Numbered from the stretch's first letter, positions 1 through 21,759 are shown. The stretch: DNA of 64,000 nucleotides from Phaeosaccion multiseriatum (GCA_965112735.1 OZ218954.1:3100001-3164000); one strand, 5' to 3'. Notes: generated from the letters alone by a model not told the origin. A program made the numbers and translations.

Positions 1-77
1 TTCTCATCCTTTCCTCCTTCCCTCCCTCCCTCCCTTCCCCACTCCTTCCAACCCGCCCTCATCCTCGCTCTCCATAC

Positions 78-3000
78 TCAATGAAACTTCTTGCCACTCT
101 TGGCCATGTCGACAATCATCTGACACGGCTGAAACTGTTGCCCATACTTCTCCGCGAAGCCCTGCATCATGTCGCAGTACTTGTCCATGCCAATCACATC
201 CAACATCCGGAAGGGTCCTCCATAAAAGGGTGGGAAGCCTGTCGCAAACACGGCTCCAATGTCTCCATCGGTAGGCGACTCAATAATGCCTTCTTGCAGG
301 CAAAGCACAGCTTCGTTGACCCATCGACACATGAGACGGTTTTGCACGTCCTCGTCGGACAGTTTCAGGTCCTCTCCCTTGTAACTGTCAATGATGGCCA
401 AGGCCTCGGGATTGATGGCCTGTAACGGGAGGGAGGAAGAGAAGCCAATCTGAGTGAGTATGCAGACGCGTGTGAGAGGGAAGACATACGGGTTCTCTGC
501 GAGGGAGAAGGAAGAAGGCAACCACAACACCATCGTAGCCCGCTCTTCCTCCCTCCCTCCCTCCCCCTCCCCCCCCCCCACCTACCTTCTTGCCCTTGCC
601 CTTGGCCGGATACGTGTAAAAGCCCTTGCCGGACTTGACTCCAAGCAACCCTTTGTCCACCATGCTGCTCATCACCTCAGTTGGGCCCCCCTCCATCCTG
701 ATACCCATGTCCGCCCCCTTGAGGTAGAGCTGGACCTTGTTGGCCACGTCCATCCCGACAAAGTCTGCAAGGCTCATGGGGCCCATGGGGAGTCCGTAGG
801 CCTTCATTAGCTTATCCAGCTGAGACGCAGGGAGAGAGGTAGGAGAGAAAGAGGAGAAAAAAGGGGAGAGAGGCAGATAGAGAGAGGGTGGAGAGAAAGT
901 GGGAGAGAGATAAAGTGGAATAGAGAGAGATGGAGAGAAAGTGGGATAGAGAGAGAGGGAGGAAGAGAGACAAAGAGTGAGGGATAAGGATGGTGAGTGA
1001 GTGAGAAAGAGCAACGCACATACGCACTTCCACACAGATGCAGACACGCGCAAGAGCAGAGCACGGGCCCAAAAGAAATGCCTAGAGTGAGGTTAGAGGT
1101 TGGAAGGAGCGACGAAACAGTCCCCACTACCTTCCTTCCTTCCTGCCTCCCTCCCTCCCTCCCTCCCTCCCTCCCTCCCTCCCTCCCTCCCTCCCTCCTC
1201 TCTTACATGTCCCCACTTCCTCCCTCCCTCCCTCCCTCCCTCCTCTCTTACATGTCCCCACTTCCTCCCTCCCTCCCTCCTTCCCCTCCCTCCCTCCCTC
1301 CCTCCCTCCCTCCCTCCCTCCCTCCTCTCTTACATGTCCCCACTTCCTCCCTCCCTCCCTCCTTCCCCTCCCTCCATCCCTCCCTCCCTCCTCTCTTACC
1401 TTCTCGGGATTGACCCCATCCCTCACCAAAGCACATGCCTCCACAAGGAAAGGCCCCAGGCAGCGATTGACGTAGAAGCCGGGCACATCCTTCACAACAA
1501 TGACGACCTGAGAAGAGAGGAGGGGGAGAGAGGGAGGGGGGGAGGGAGAGCATGAGAGAGCAGAAATGTTTTGTTATCGACTTCAATTGGCGCAAAAACT
1601 GTAGAGCAGCAAGGAGAGGTGCGGCTCAATGCCGTTACAAACACAAGACCACTCCATCCCTCCATCCCTCCGCCCCCCCGCCCCCAACCCCTCCCCTCCA
1701 CTCCCCTCCACTCCCCTCCCATCCCCACCAACTTGCCTTCCCCTGACGGTTCCCCACATCCACCGCCTGCATGCACGCCTCCTTGGATGACCCCGCATGA
1801 GGAATCACCTCGAGCAGAGGCATCTTGGGTACAGGTGAAAAGTAGTGCATGCCCACCACATTCTCCGGCCGCTGAGCACCCTTGGCAATGTCGGCGATGG
1901 GGATGGCGCTGGTGTTGGTGGCAAACACGCAGTCTTGTCTCAGGAACGGCTCTGCCTGCTGGATCACCTGTGTTATTATTGATTGGGAGCGGCCAGCACA
2001 GCAGGACGGAGAGAGGAGAGGGGGAGAGAGGGAGGGAGAGGGAAGACTGTTAAGCGGCAGTGGGGAGAAAGTAGGGCCTACCTCCCTCCCTCCCTCCCCA
2101 TACGCCTCTAACTAACCTTATGCTTAAGGTCCAGAATCTCCGGCACAGCTTCAATCACCATATCCGCGTGCTTGAAATGCCGCTGCCACAGCTCTCCTCC
2201 TCCTCCTCCTCCTCCCTCCCCCCCATCTCCGTCTGTGAGTGCCACGACTCTCGAGCTCATGAGGTCGGCGTCGTGTAAGGACATGTGTCGCCGCCTGAGC
2301 TTCTCTTGGAGGTGTTTGGTGATGGTCCCTACGCCCTTGGCCACTGACTCGTCGTCTCGGTCCTTCAGCAGGACCTGGTAAAGGGTGTCAGGACAGAGGG
2401 GTGTCCCGGGGTGCCAGGACAGAGGTCAGGACAGAGAGTGTCAGGACAGTGTCAGGAAAGAGAGTGTCAGGACAGAGAGTGTCAGGACAGAGAGTGTCAG
2501 GAGAGAGAGTGTCAGGACAGAGGGTGTCAGGATAGAGAGTGTCAGGACAGAGAGTGTCAGGACAGAGAGTGTCAGGACAGAGAGTGTCAGGACAGAGAGC
2601 ATCAGGACAGAGAGTGTCAGGACAGAGAGTGTCAGGACAGAGGGTGTCAGGACAGAGAGTATCAGGACAGAGGGTGTCAGGACAGAGAGTGTCAGGACAG
2701 AGGGTGTCAGGACAGAGGGTGTCTCAGGATAAGAGAGTGTGAGGTGTGAGGTGTGAGGCACAAAGTGTCGGGGTATCCACCCATCCGCTACCATCCCCCA
2801 CCTTGAGGCCTTTTGCAGCAGACACTTGAGCGATGCCCGCTCCCATGAGGCCAGCACCAAGGACGGCAACGGTGTCCACTCTGGACGAGAGGGAGGGGGG
2901 GAAGGAGGAGGAGGAGGAGGAGGAGGAGGAGGAGGAGGAGGAGGAGGAGGAGGAGGAGGAGAGTGGTGGTGGTGAGTCCTGCGCATATCACAGGGCCTAA

Positions 3001-6000
3001 GGGGGCAAGGCAAAGTACCAATACGCTTGAGGGCACACTGACGATCCTGTATCACCAACTGTCGCTCCCACTATTGCCCCACCACACCACATCGCATCAG
3101 CCTTCCCCTCCTCCTGCTCCTCCGTCGTACCTCCCTCCCTCACCTCTGGTCCTTGGCAGGCTGCCCGAAGCGATTCTTCTTGAGTGCGTTGGAGCCATCG
3201 AAGAGACCAATGAGGGCAGCCGAGACCGGCGTGGCCGCCATCTCACTGAAGCGCTGTGACTCATACTCCAGAGCTTTAGGTCGATCGTTCAGCTCCAGGC
3301 CCTTCTTGACACAGTCGATGATGGCCCAGGGGCTGGGGTAGTGATTGCCGGCTGAAGAGGCCACCTTTGTGTGTGTGCGCGCGTGCGTGTGAGTGTGTGT
3401 GTTTGGGTGTACGTGTGTGTGTGAGACAGAGAGAGCGTGTGTGTGCGTGTATGCGTGTGTGTGCATATTCGTGTGTGTGCGTATGTGCGTGTGATGTGCC
3501 CACCCACTCAACCCCACACCTGTTGACTCATCTACCCACCCACTCACACACTCACCTTGTCCTTCACCTTCTTCCACATCACGTGTCTCCCCACGGGGTT
3601 GTCTTCAATGGCCTTGTTCATGACGCTCTTCTTCTTTCTCTTGATCTTACGGGCCCCAGAGGCAAGTTCAGAAGCGGCCAACACCGCCGCGCCCTCCAAC
3701 CCATTGACATCCACCACCTTCAACAACCCGGGGGGGGGGGTGGGGGGGGGGGGGGGGGGGGGTCAAGTCAACGGGGGTCAAAGGTGGACACGGGATGAAG
3801 GAAGAATGTGCATACAAGAACTTGATTCCTGTAAGTCAATAAAGTTCCCCACCTCCTTACCTGATCCACTAGCCCCATCTTCCGGGCCTTGTCGGGCCTG
3901 ATGTCCTTGCCTGTCCAGAGTCGATAAGAGATCGAGAAAAGAGAGATGCAGGTAGGTCGGCAGGTAGGCGGGTAGGTAGGTAGGAAGAAAGGGAGGGAAG
4001 GAAAGGTGGGCGGCCAGGTGACGGAGAGACAGGGGAAGGCAGGTGGGAGAGCGCGAGGGTGGATGGGAGCGTTGAGAAACAGTGAACACTCCCAAAGAGA
4101 CAGACCGACCGACTTACACAAGCAGGTAGAAACAACACAAACTGGGCGCTTCCCTTGAACTTCGAGACATATAACCACGTCATGCAATATCTAATAAACT
4201 GAAACTGAAACTCAATAGAAAAAAGGTTTCTCCTCACCCGTGAGCATCATGTCAAGCGCGCCCTGCAGCCCCACAAGCTCGGGCAGGAATTGGGTACCCC
4301 CCCAACCGGGAAGCAGCCCAAGTTTCACCTGTGAGGTGGGTATGGGTAGGTGTGTGGGTATCGCATAGAGAGAGAGGGAGAGGGGGAGAGGGGGAGAGGG
4401 ACAGGGTTAGGGAGAGAGAGATGGAGCGCGAGATGGTGCGTGTGAGAGAGGTGAGAGAGAGCGAGAGGGTATCACAAAATATTACATACGTAATACTACG
4501 CACCTCTGGCAGCCCCAGCTTGGTCTTGGGGCTGGTGGTGGCGATGCGGTAATCGCAGTGGAGGGCCCACTCAAGTCCGCCCCCCAGACATGCCCCGTTG
4601 ATTGCGGCCACCACAGGGACGCCCTTGCCGGACACCTTGTCAAAGAGCTTGTGTCCGTTCAGGCACACCTGTTGGTGATATAGAATGGACGGTACAGATG
4701 TGTGATTGATTTGTATTCAAAGGCAATGTAACACGGAACGGGGGGAGTGACGGGGTGGGGTGGGTGAGAAATCAATCACATATCACATGTCACGGATGGC
4801 ACCGCACAGCGGTACAAGTACGAAAGGGTTAACAGAGGATTCAAGCACATGCACTTTCTCACTCACGCACTCAGTCAGTCTCTCAGTCACTCGCCCACTC
4901 ACTCACTCACCCACTCACACACTCACTCACTCACTCACTCACTCACTCACTCACTCACTCACTCACTCACTCACTCACGCACTCCGTCACTCCTCACTCA
5001 CTCACTCACTCACTCACTCACTCACTCACTCACTCACTCACTCACGCACTCAAGTCACTTCTCACTCACTCACTCACTCACTCAGGGAGTCCAGTCAGTA
5101 AGTAACAAAGTTTTTTCCCTCCTCCCCTCCCTCTCTCTCTCTCTCTCCCTGCCTGTATCACCAAGACACTCACATCCTTAAGCCCGGCCTTGTCCTCCAT
5201 GGACTTGATCATCGAAATGTCCGCTCCTGCAATGAAGTTGTCCGCCTTGCTCGAGATGAACACCACGGCTTTGACATCAGAGCGGGGCTCCACATCCTGG
5301 GCCCAGTACGACTCGAACTCGGCCTGCACACCAACATCGGTTGATTGCATCAGAAGGGTGGGCGGGTGTGTGTGCACGTGTTTGTTTGTGTGTGTGTGTA
5401 CGTGTGTGTGGCGCGGGGGAGAGAGGATCAGAGCATGAGAGATGCGTAAGAAGCGAGAAGGGAAGGGAGGGTCAGGGAAGGGTCGAGAAGGGAGAGATGA
5501 ATCCGAGCATGACATTTGAGTAGAGAGGAGGGGAGGGAGGGTCAAGGCTCAAGGAATGCGTGGAGAGGAGGGGAGGAGGGAGGGGGAAGGGATAAGAATG
5601 GAGGGAAGAAGGGGGAAAGAAGCAGGGCAAGCAAGGTCAAGCGAGCCAAGCAAGGGCACCCACTTACTACGCACACGCACCGTGAGGTCACTGTTGATGA
5701 CATTCATCTTGTCGGGTCCGTTGAGGCGGATGATGGCCACTCCCTCCTTGGTGAGCTCCATCTCCTCGAAGAACTTGTACCGCCTCACTGGGGATGCCTC
5801 CGCCGCAGCGGCCGTTGCTGCAGTTGCCGGCTGGCCTGCTGAGAACTCCCTCCTCGTACTCATCATCTCCTTGACACGATGGGAAGCCTTGTTGGAGCTT
5901 GTGGTTGTGGTGGTGGAGAAAGGCAGGCAGGGGGCGCGCAGTTGCTGTTGCCCCACCTGCTCCCCTAGCTGCTGCTGATGCTGATGCTGCCGCCCCTGGA

Positions 6001-6058
6001 TACAGCGCAAATTCTGCAGGGCGGGTGCGCGCGAGCGCACACGAAGGAGGGCCGCCAT
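78..6058 (-). CDS. HADHA: Mitochondrial trifunctional enzyme alpha subunit (enoyl-CoA hydratase/3-hydroxyacyl-CoA dehydrogenase); 13 exons, ~822 aa
   Basis: Exons (minus strand): 6058-5681, 5323-5174, 4668-4504, 4328-4238, 3910-3861, 3717-3556, 3364-3144, 2880-2802, 2374-2117, 1967-1737, 1507-1400, 819-586, 419-78; they splice in frame. Motifs: [104 protein letters not shown]. The Arg-rich N-terminus resembles a mitochondrial presequence. Confidence 0.96.
2385..2730. repeat. 15-bp minisatellite (GTGTCAGGACAGAGA)n, about 22 copies, in a HADHA intron
   Basis: Visible tandem array. The same word recurs at ~28832, 52698-53043 (reverse complement) and 55575-55910. Confidence 0.95.
4897..5083. repeat. 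(ACTC)n tetranucleotide microsatellite, intronic
   Basis: Direct observation; a similar array lies at ~26743-26912. Confidence 0.95.
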
Positions 6059-6776
6059 GCTCGAGGGAAGGAGCCGCACCCAAAGAGAGAAGAGAAGGTT
6101 TGGTGGAGAGGGTGGGAGGTTGAAGTTCAACGGTGAAAAAAAAAGAGCCCCGCTTCCTTGAGACCGCGAGTCCTCACACAGGAGGCGGGTGTGCAGCAGT
6201 ACCACCTAACCAGCGCTTTTCTTTGCTTTGCACTGCTCCTTTGAGAGAGAAAGGCGCTTCTTTTTAAAAAAAGGGGGTCTTCGCTGCCTTCCTCGATCGA
6301 CATCATATATCGATAGCCTCGATATTACAGCATATCGATGGCTTCCACATAGATATCGATGTGGTGAATCGACGGCTCTCCTTAATTTTTCCTCACACGG
6401 CCACCTTTTAAGGTAAGAGAAGGTAAAGAGGAGAGGAAGAGGGCTTCGTGGACACGGGGAGGGGGTACCGAAGAGGATGAAGGGGTGTTGGGCTCGAGTT
6501 TGACTGGCTCCACTGCCCTTTAGTTGCGTGGAAGCTCTCCCTCCAAAAATGGGGGACGTACGTTGCATATTTTGAGACGCCAGCAGGGCTCCTCCTCCTC
6601 CTCCTCCTCCTCCCTCTCTCCTTTCCCTGCCTGGTTCGCAACCCAAATACACACAGAAACGACGCAACACATAGCTTACACACACCCTCCGTCCCTCTTC
6701 CTCCCGCCGTCTCCTTTTGTCACCACTGCCCTCCTCCACGCCTGAAGTCCCTTTGTCCAAGGATCTCACCAGCAGT
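6059..6776. promoter_or_regulatory. Putative bidirectional promoter between HADHA and ATP sulfurylase
   Basis: 718 bp between divergent ATGs; contains a TCGA/ATCGAT-rich patch at ~6293-6372. Promoter role is inferred from gene layout. Confidence 0.55.
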
Positions 6777-10224
<3,448 letters not shown>

Positions 10225-11383
10225 AGCTTGAAAACTTTTTTGGGGAAGGAGAAAGGAGAAGAGAGATGGGGTTGGGTTCGAGAGAGAGAAGAGGGGTTGG
10301 AGGTATGTATGTCTGTCTGGCTGTCTTCCTGCCTGGCTGTCTGCCTGTCTGCCTGCCTGCCTGCCTGCCATCCATCCATCGCGCTCAGCTACTACTCTGG
10401 GCGAGAAGCGAGCCTTGGCTTGGGGGTGGGTGGCGACGGTGCTGCTTCTTAAATTAAAAAGCAGTTTAAGACGAGCAAGCAAGCAAATCGAGAGATAGAC
10501 AGAGAGAGAGAAAGAGAGAGAGAGACGTGAGTACCCCGTCTGTGCGTTGTGGTCCCTTGTGGGGGGTGGGGGTGTCTGTCTACTTAATAGAAACATAGAG
10601 GGTGAGAGAGAGGATAGGGCTGAATTAAAATGTGACTACTTCACACACACTGGCACGGCACGGGACGTCAGACCCTGACCCTTTGGAGTGGGCACAGAAG
10701 GTTCGATATGGATCCCCATTTATGGTGTTCGAAATTGATAAGGTCTCATGAACTGAAAACTGAAAACTGGCACAGCACATGCCTGGCCCAAATCGCGGCT
10801 GACACCGGCTGACGCGCGGTACGAGGTCGCAGACCACGTAAGGGGGTCGAACACACACGCACACGCACACACACGCACACGCACACACACGCACACGCAC
10901 GCACAAGCAGTCACAAGGACGCACGCGCACACACGCTTGAGAGGATGAGGAGAGTCAGTGGACCACGTGCGTCCCTTTCACGTCCCCTTGTGAAGGGGGG
11001 GTACACAATTCGAGGCCTTGGGGCATACTTCAAAGTTGCTGCGGAGTGCGGAGTGGGTGGGTAGGAAGGAGAGAAGTGCTCCCAAAACAGACAAAAAAAG
11101 GCGTTTCGGACGTTACATCGGAAGACTTTTTCACGCTCCCGCTCCCTGAGGGAAAAAAAAACCTCAAAGCCTTCTGAGGTGCACATCAGTAGTCCTAGGT
11201 GAAGAGTGGCCCCATTCCTACCTTTACTAAGTAACGGCGTCGGCTGCCCCAGCAAAACCCGCACGGAAGGTAAGACTCCTCGCGGCTTTCAGTCAAGACT
11301 CCGTCTCATGCCTTGCGCCTTCCGCCCTCATCGCAGCTCATCTCCTCCTCCTCTTTGCGTCAACAGCTTAAGCCGAATTCACC

Positions 11384-16571
<5,188 letters not shown>

Positions 16572-17930
16572 AGACAGAGAGAGAGCTCTTGAGGAGGGAG
16601 GGAGCGAGGCCTCAAGTCCGTCATGCACGCACCCATCCCGTGCGTACACGAAGGCATGACGACGGTATGAGGGGCGCCCGCGTACAGCAAGGCGGGGCGA
16701 AATGCAGTGCGCACAAAGGAGGCAAGAAGTGGGCTCCGAGAGAGACGAGAGACGAAAGACTGGATCACTTGTTGAGGCGCCGGTAGTTCGGGCCCCTTCC
16801 TCCTCCCTCCCACTCTCTCGGTCGTGTGACGATGTATATGTGTTACGTGTTTTCATGTGTTATTTGTCCGTGGTGAGGAAAGAAACAAAGTGAATTGTGT
16901 GTATACAGTCTCAAGTGATGTGTATACCTGTGTGTGTGCGTGCGTGTGTGCATGTGTGTGTGCATGTGTATGTGCGCGTGCGTGTGTGTGTGTGTGTTGG
17001 GTGGAGTCAGTGAGTAAGTGAATGCGCGGTTGGTGAGGGTTGAATGGGTGAGGTCCACAACCTTGTGTCGTGAACAACCCACATACGTCCTCCTCAATCA
17101 TCCTCACTTAAGACGTACTTACCACTTACGCCCCCTCAAACGGTCAGTCTCCCTCTCGATTGGCATCAATCATGCGTTGTACAGTAGGATCGGGAGTGAA
17201 GGGGTGAACGACCAAGCAAGGGGCTTTTCTGTCTCCTCCTCGGTACTGACATCAATCAGTCACGAAGGGGACGTTTCAGTCTCGACGACTGAGATACCCG
17301 TATATTTCCAAGCAAAGATGGGCTCTCGACGTTCAAAGTGTAATATTGTAATATAAGTCAAAGGGACATGCGCACGCACGCACGCACGCCACGCACGCAC
17401 ACACACACATGCAAGAGTAGAGCAGACTTGTTCCTCCCCTATCGGACTTCGACCCCGTTGAAAGAAGGGGGAGGGGCGCTTGTGGCGAGCCTCCGCCGAC
17501 CACACTCAAAGGGAATCGTTCGCGAGACTTTCGGGGCCACTGGGGTTTTTGACTTGACGACTTGAATGTGCCTTCTTTCTTCTTTCAACCACCCCCAGAT
17601 GCTGATTCAGTTTCTTAGGTGATTCCTATTAAGTCAATAAAGTTCCCCCAGATGCTGAGGAGGCACAGGGCGGCTGGGGGGGGGGTTTCGGTCGCTGTTT
17701 GCATCCTCCTCCCTTCCTTCCGCTCTCACAGCTTCCTACGGTATAGCGATGCTATGGTCCTCGCTCTCTCTCCTCCGCCCCGTCGCCTTGCTGCCGCTAC
17801 TGCCGTATCACCAACTGCTGCTTGTATCACCAACTGCTACAATCATCGCCGCTTCCTCGACTTGATGGAAATCGACATGGATATCAGCTCTCAGCTTCCG
17901 CTGGCGCCAGCCCTCCAGCTTCCAATTCGG

Positions 17931-18014
17931 AGACGCAGAACCTTGCCCGATTAAGTTCTCAGACTGCAGAACCTTGCCCGATCAGTTCTGAGACTGCAGA
18001 ACCTTGCCCGATCA
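17931..18014. repeat. ~30-bp tandem repeat, about 2.8 copies (AGACTGCAGAACCTTGCCCGATCAGTTCT.)
   Basis: Three near-identical copies start at 17931, 17961 and 17991. Confidence 0.9.
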
Positions 18015-18636
18015 TGGGCCGCCCCCAGAGTGTGTGTGGTGAAGTGGAGAGGAAAGATAACCCATCCCAACCATTGAAGAAGGAAGACCGACGTCCATGC
18101 TGCCACCGTGTGGTTAGTGCGCTTCACTTCGTCAATGGTGCCCTGTAACAATCCTCCTGTGCTTACATGCACATCGTGTAGGCTTCCGTAGGCACCTGAA
18201 GGTATCTGTAGGCACTGAAGGGACCGTAGGCTTCCTTAGGCATCTTGGCAACAGAGGAAGAGGGAGGTGGGATCATCCGTGGCTCGGTGCCTTACTGCTG
18301 AGTCCCGGCCTCCTCTTCGTCACCCTCCACGTCCTCCGTCCTCCTCCTGCCGGTGCTGTTGTATCACTGCTGTATCGCTGCTGCGGCGCAGCGTCCGACT
18401 GTCGAAGGAGAGGGTGGCCCGGGGGGGACTCCAACCCTGCTTCTCGGGACCGTACCCCTCCCCTCCCCACGCCCCATGTGTGTGTGTGTGTGTGTGTGGG
18501 TCTACTTTTTGATCTCAGCTCCCATATGCCTCCACCAGAAGGAGGTCCCACCTGCCAGCAGGAGGTGGCAGCCTGCACGAAATGTATCAATGTGTCCATG
18601 GCGCATGACTCACCACTCATCATTCATCATCTATCA

Positions 18637-18850
18637 TCACAATTGTCGACGACGACGGCTTTCACGCTCGTGCATGGCGGCCTCAATCTCCTCCTGTATT
18701 GACACGAGGAACATGTGGGCTGCGGGCTTGGAGGCGGCACTCCAGTTGTGCAGGTGGTCACTGAGGCCTCGGTGTGCCACCGACTGCTCCAAGAGAGGAA
18801 TGTAGCTGCATGCAGATGACGACGATGACGACGACGATGACGATGATGAC

Positions 18851-18943
<93 letters not shown>

Positions 18944-19297
18944 GCAGACATTGCACCACCAGACCCAGATCCACCGGACGCGCCAGGCCCTGCCTCACCA
19001 CCACTCCCTTCACTGCGTTGGTCACTTTCTTCACCGCTCCGTTGGTGAGTACGGTGTTCACTACTCCGTGGGCTGCTTCGTTGGCGCTGGCAGCTTTGCC
19101 ACATCCTGAGGTGAGCAAGCAAGAAAGAAGAAAGATAGATAGATAGATAGATAGGTAGGTAGATTGACATACGAGATAAATAGAAGGATAGACAGACGGA
19201 CAGACAAACAGACAAACAGACACAGACAGACCGACAGACCGACAGACAGACAGATAGACACACGACACACACACAGACAGACAGACAGACAGACAGC

Positions 19298-19386
<89 letters not shown>

Positions 19387-21367
19387 GGGACAGACACACA
19401 CAGACACACAGACAGGCAGACAGGCATACAGACAGACAGACAGACAGACAGAGAGAGAGCGAGAGAGAGAGAGAAGAGATCATGTACCTGAGATTGGAGA
19501 GCTCCAGATAGGACGTTGCCCCCACCAACGATGAATACTTGCTCTCCGAAGTGATCTCCGCTTCCTCCGACACCGAAGGAAACTCACGATCCGCGAGCTG
19601 CGTGGCGGGCTCTCCCACCCACACGAGTTGGTAGTCCACTCCACCTCCTCCTCCACCCCCTCCATCACCACCGCCGCACACCCGTTCAATGGTTTCGTTG
19701 ATCACGTCCACTTGTTTATTCCCTATCCATTTCCCAAAGTCCGCCGCGGGACCTGGCTTCACCATATGGCGACTGGACTCATGAAGCACCAACTCGTGTA
19801 CGCCAACTGAGATCATGAAGATGACGAGTTTTCTTTCACCACCTTCTCTTCGCGCTTCTTGGTGTGGAGGAGCAGGAGCAGGACCACCACCACTAGCAGC
19901 AGCCCCTCCTTCCGCCTCCGTTGGTCCCGTTCCTGTTCCCTCCGTGTTTCTGCGTCTTGTTGCTGTAGTTGGGGAGCATACATGCCCAATCTCCCCCAGC
20001 AGTTTGTCCACATAGTCGGTGGCATCGGGAGGATCCCCGAAGAAGTTAAGCGTGAGGGGCGGTGGCGGTGGCGATGAAGCATCCCCTCCTTCTCCTTCTC
20101 CTCCTCCTTCTCCGTCTTGCTGCCCCCCGTCTCCGCTACCGCTGTCGCGAACGCCACCGCCAAAGCCATCAACGCTCACCGTCTCCCAGGCAATGCCCTC
20201 CTTCCTCTTGAGGGCCGGATGGCGGTCGATGGACCTATCCTCTACCTTAAAGAACGTGTTGCGCACCTGCCACCAAATGTGTTCTATCCTACTCATGCCA
20301 AGGATGAACACTTCCACGCCTCCCTCACCCCAGTGCTCTGCAGCGGCCGTGACGGTTTCGGCGGTTACAGTCAAGGGCATATCACACACATCAATGGCGT
20401 AGCGGTAGACGTGTGTCTCGGGGATGTGCCAGCGGAATGTCCAGCTAGGGGGTGGAGGTGGAGGGGGGTGCCGCAGCAGGGTCAAGGAGGAAGTTAAAGT
20501 CGAGGCCGAGGCCGGTCGGAAGGAGCATGTTGGCTTGTTGGTGATGGTCCGAGGAGCTGCGGCTTGCCCACTCTGGGACGCATCCTTGGGGAGGAGGACC
20601 TCGAGGTTGACCATACTGTCCGATATCGCCACCCCAAGGAGGGCAATGTCCTCCTCGCCCTCCGTCTCCTCCTGCTGCTGCCGAGCCCTCAGCTCATTTT
20701 CCCTCCCTGTCGTGTTCCAGGGGAGGTGAGGCCCTGGTTGCGTGTACCCCAGCGATTCCAAATAGACTTGGGCACTGTAAGACCCACTCTCAAACACTTG
20801 GACGTAGGCTTCCAGCGCACCACCTCCACCCCCATCCCCACCCGCATCCGCCTCGGCCCCTCTTGTGGTGGTGTCCACCACCGGGTAGAGGTAGCCGCCG
20901 AAGAGAGCAGGACCCCTGGTGTAGTAGCGGTAGAGGCACCGTTGACCGCAGAGAGGAGAGGGGTTGGTAAGCCTCAGTCGAAGGAAATGTGCCTGCTCGG
21001 ACTCCTCCTCGTGCTCATGCTCCCTGGCCTCCTTTCCCTCGTCGTTGCTGTTCCTTCTTCGTTCAGCGTCAGCGCCATCAACGACCCATGCCATGTCCAA
21101 CATATGTCCATCACGGCCAATATAAGTCTCATTCACCACGCTCTCCACCCCTTTCCATTGCGGGCTCTTCCACTTTAGTGTCCGAAGGTCGTGGAAGAAC
21201 CACTCTTCGAACAGGGAGTCTTCGTCTGCCGATGTCACCTCCCTAACTTGCACTGTATCCTCATCTAACACTCCGTCTCCTGGCCATCCTATGGGGTGAT
21301 CTTCAGGGGCCGATATAGCAGCACCGCCCAAGCCGAGCAGTGCAAGTACACCAAAGCGAGCAGCCAT
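18637..21367 (-). CDS. Secreted SGNH-hydrolase-like protein (NXPE/PC-esterase-like); 2 exons
   Basis: Exons 21367-19488 and 19105-18637. Signal peptide MAARFGVLALLGLGGAAISA. FILGMSRIEH resembles the GDS block; ISVGVHEL; LVWVG; SNLR; C-terminal DHLH (DxxH). A poly-Ser comes from a (TCA)n tract. The family call is by motif resemblance only. Confidence 0.62.
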
Positions 21368-21759
21368 CCCGCTCCCAAGACATACCACAAGAGCAAGGGA
21401 AGGAGGGGAAGAGAAAAAGCGTGGAGGTGAAGGGTTGTTTTGTTTTGGTGTTTGGCGGATCTTTGGCGGTTAAATTTCGTTAGCATGGTGGTTCTACACG
21501 AAATTTGTGAGATTCCCAGGGGGCTCGCATCGCTCGCATCTCTCGCGCCAGAGCAGCTGGGTCTTTGTACACAGCACAGAAGGCGTCTTTGGGTGGTTCG
21601 TCTGCATCTACTGCTTTCGTTGCTGCTTCAGCTGGCCGGGCTCCACTTTTTGTTTTGGTCCGGGAAGACTTGGATCTTTTTGCCAGGTTGGGGTGGAGCG
21701 ACCCCCCCTGAACTTTTTGCACCCGTAGCAGCAAGAGCAGCGGCACAGCAGCAGCAGCC

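Noticed and set aside
2385-2749. (RTESV)n / (CQDRE)n repeat ORFs on the plus strand
   Set aside because: Minisatellite inside a HADHA intron, antisense, with no ATG context or domain.
10980-11200. Loose similarity (CCTTCTGA.GG, GAAGACTTT) with 29060-29120 and 30605-30650, suggesting a degenerate element
   Set aside because: Matches are too short to support by eye; needs alignment.
17931-18014. Possible CRISPR-like array
   Set aside because: Contiguous tandem repeat without unique spacers; eukaryotic context and no cas genes.
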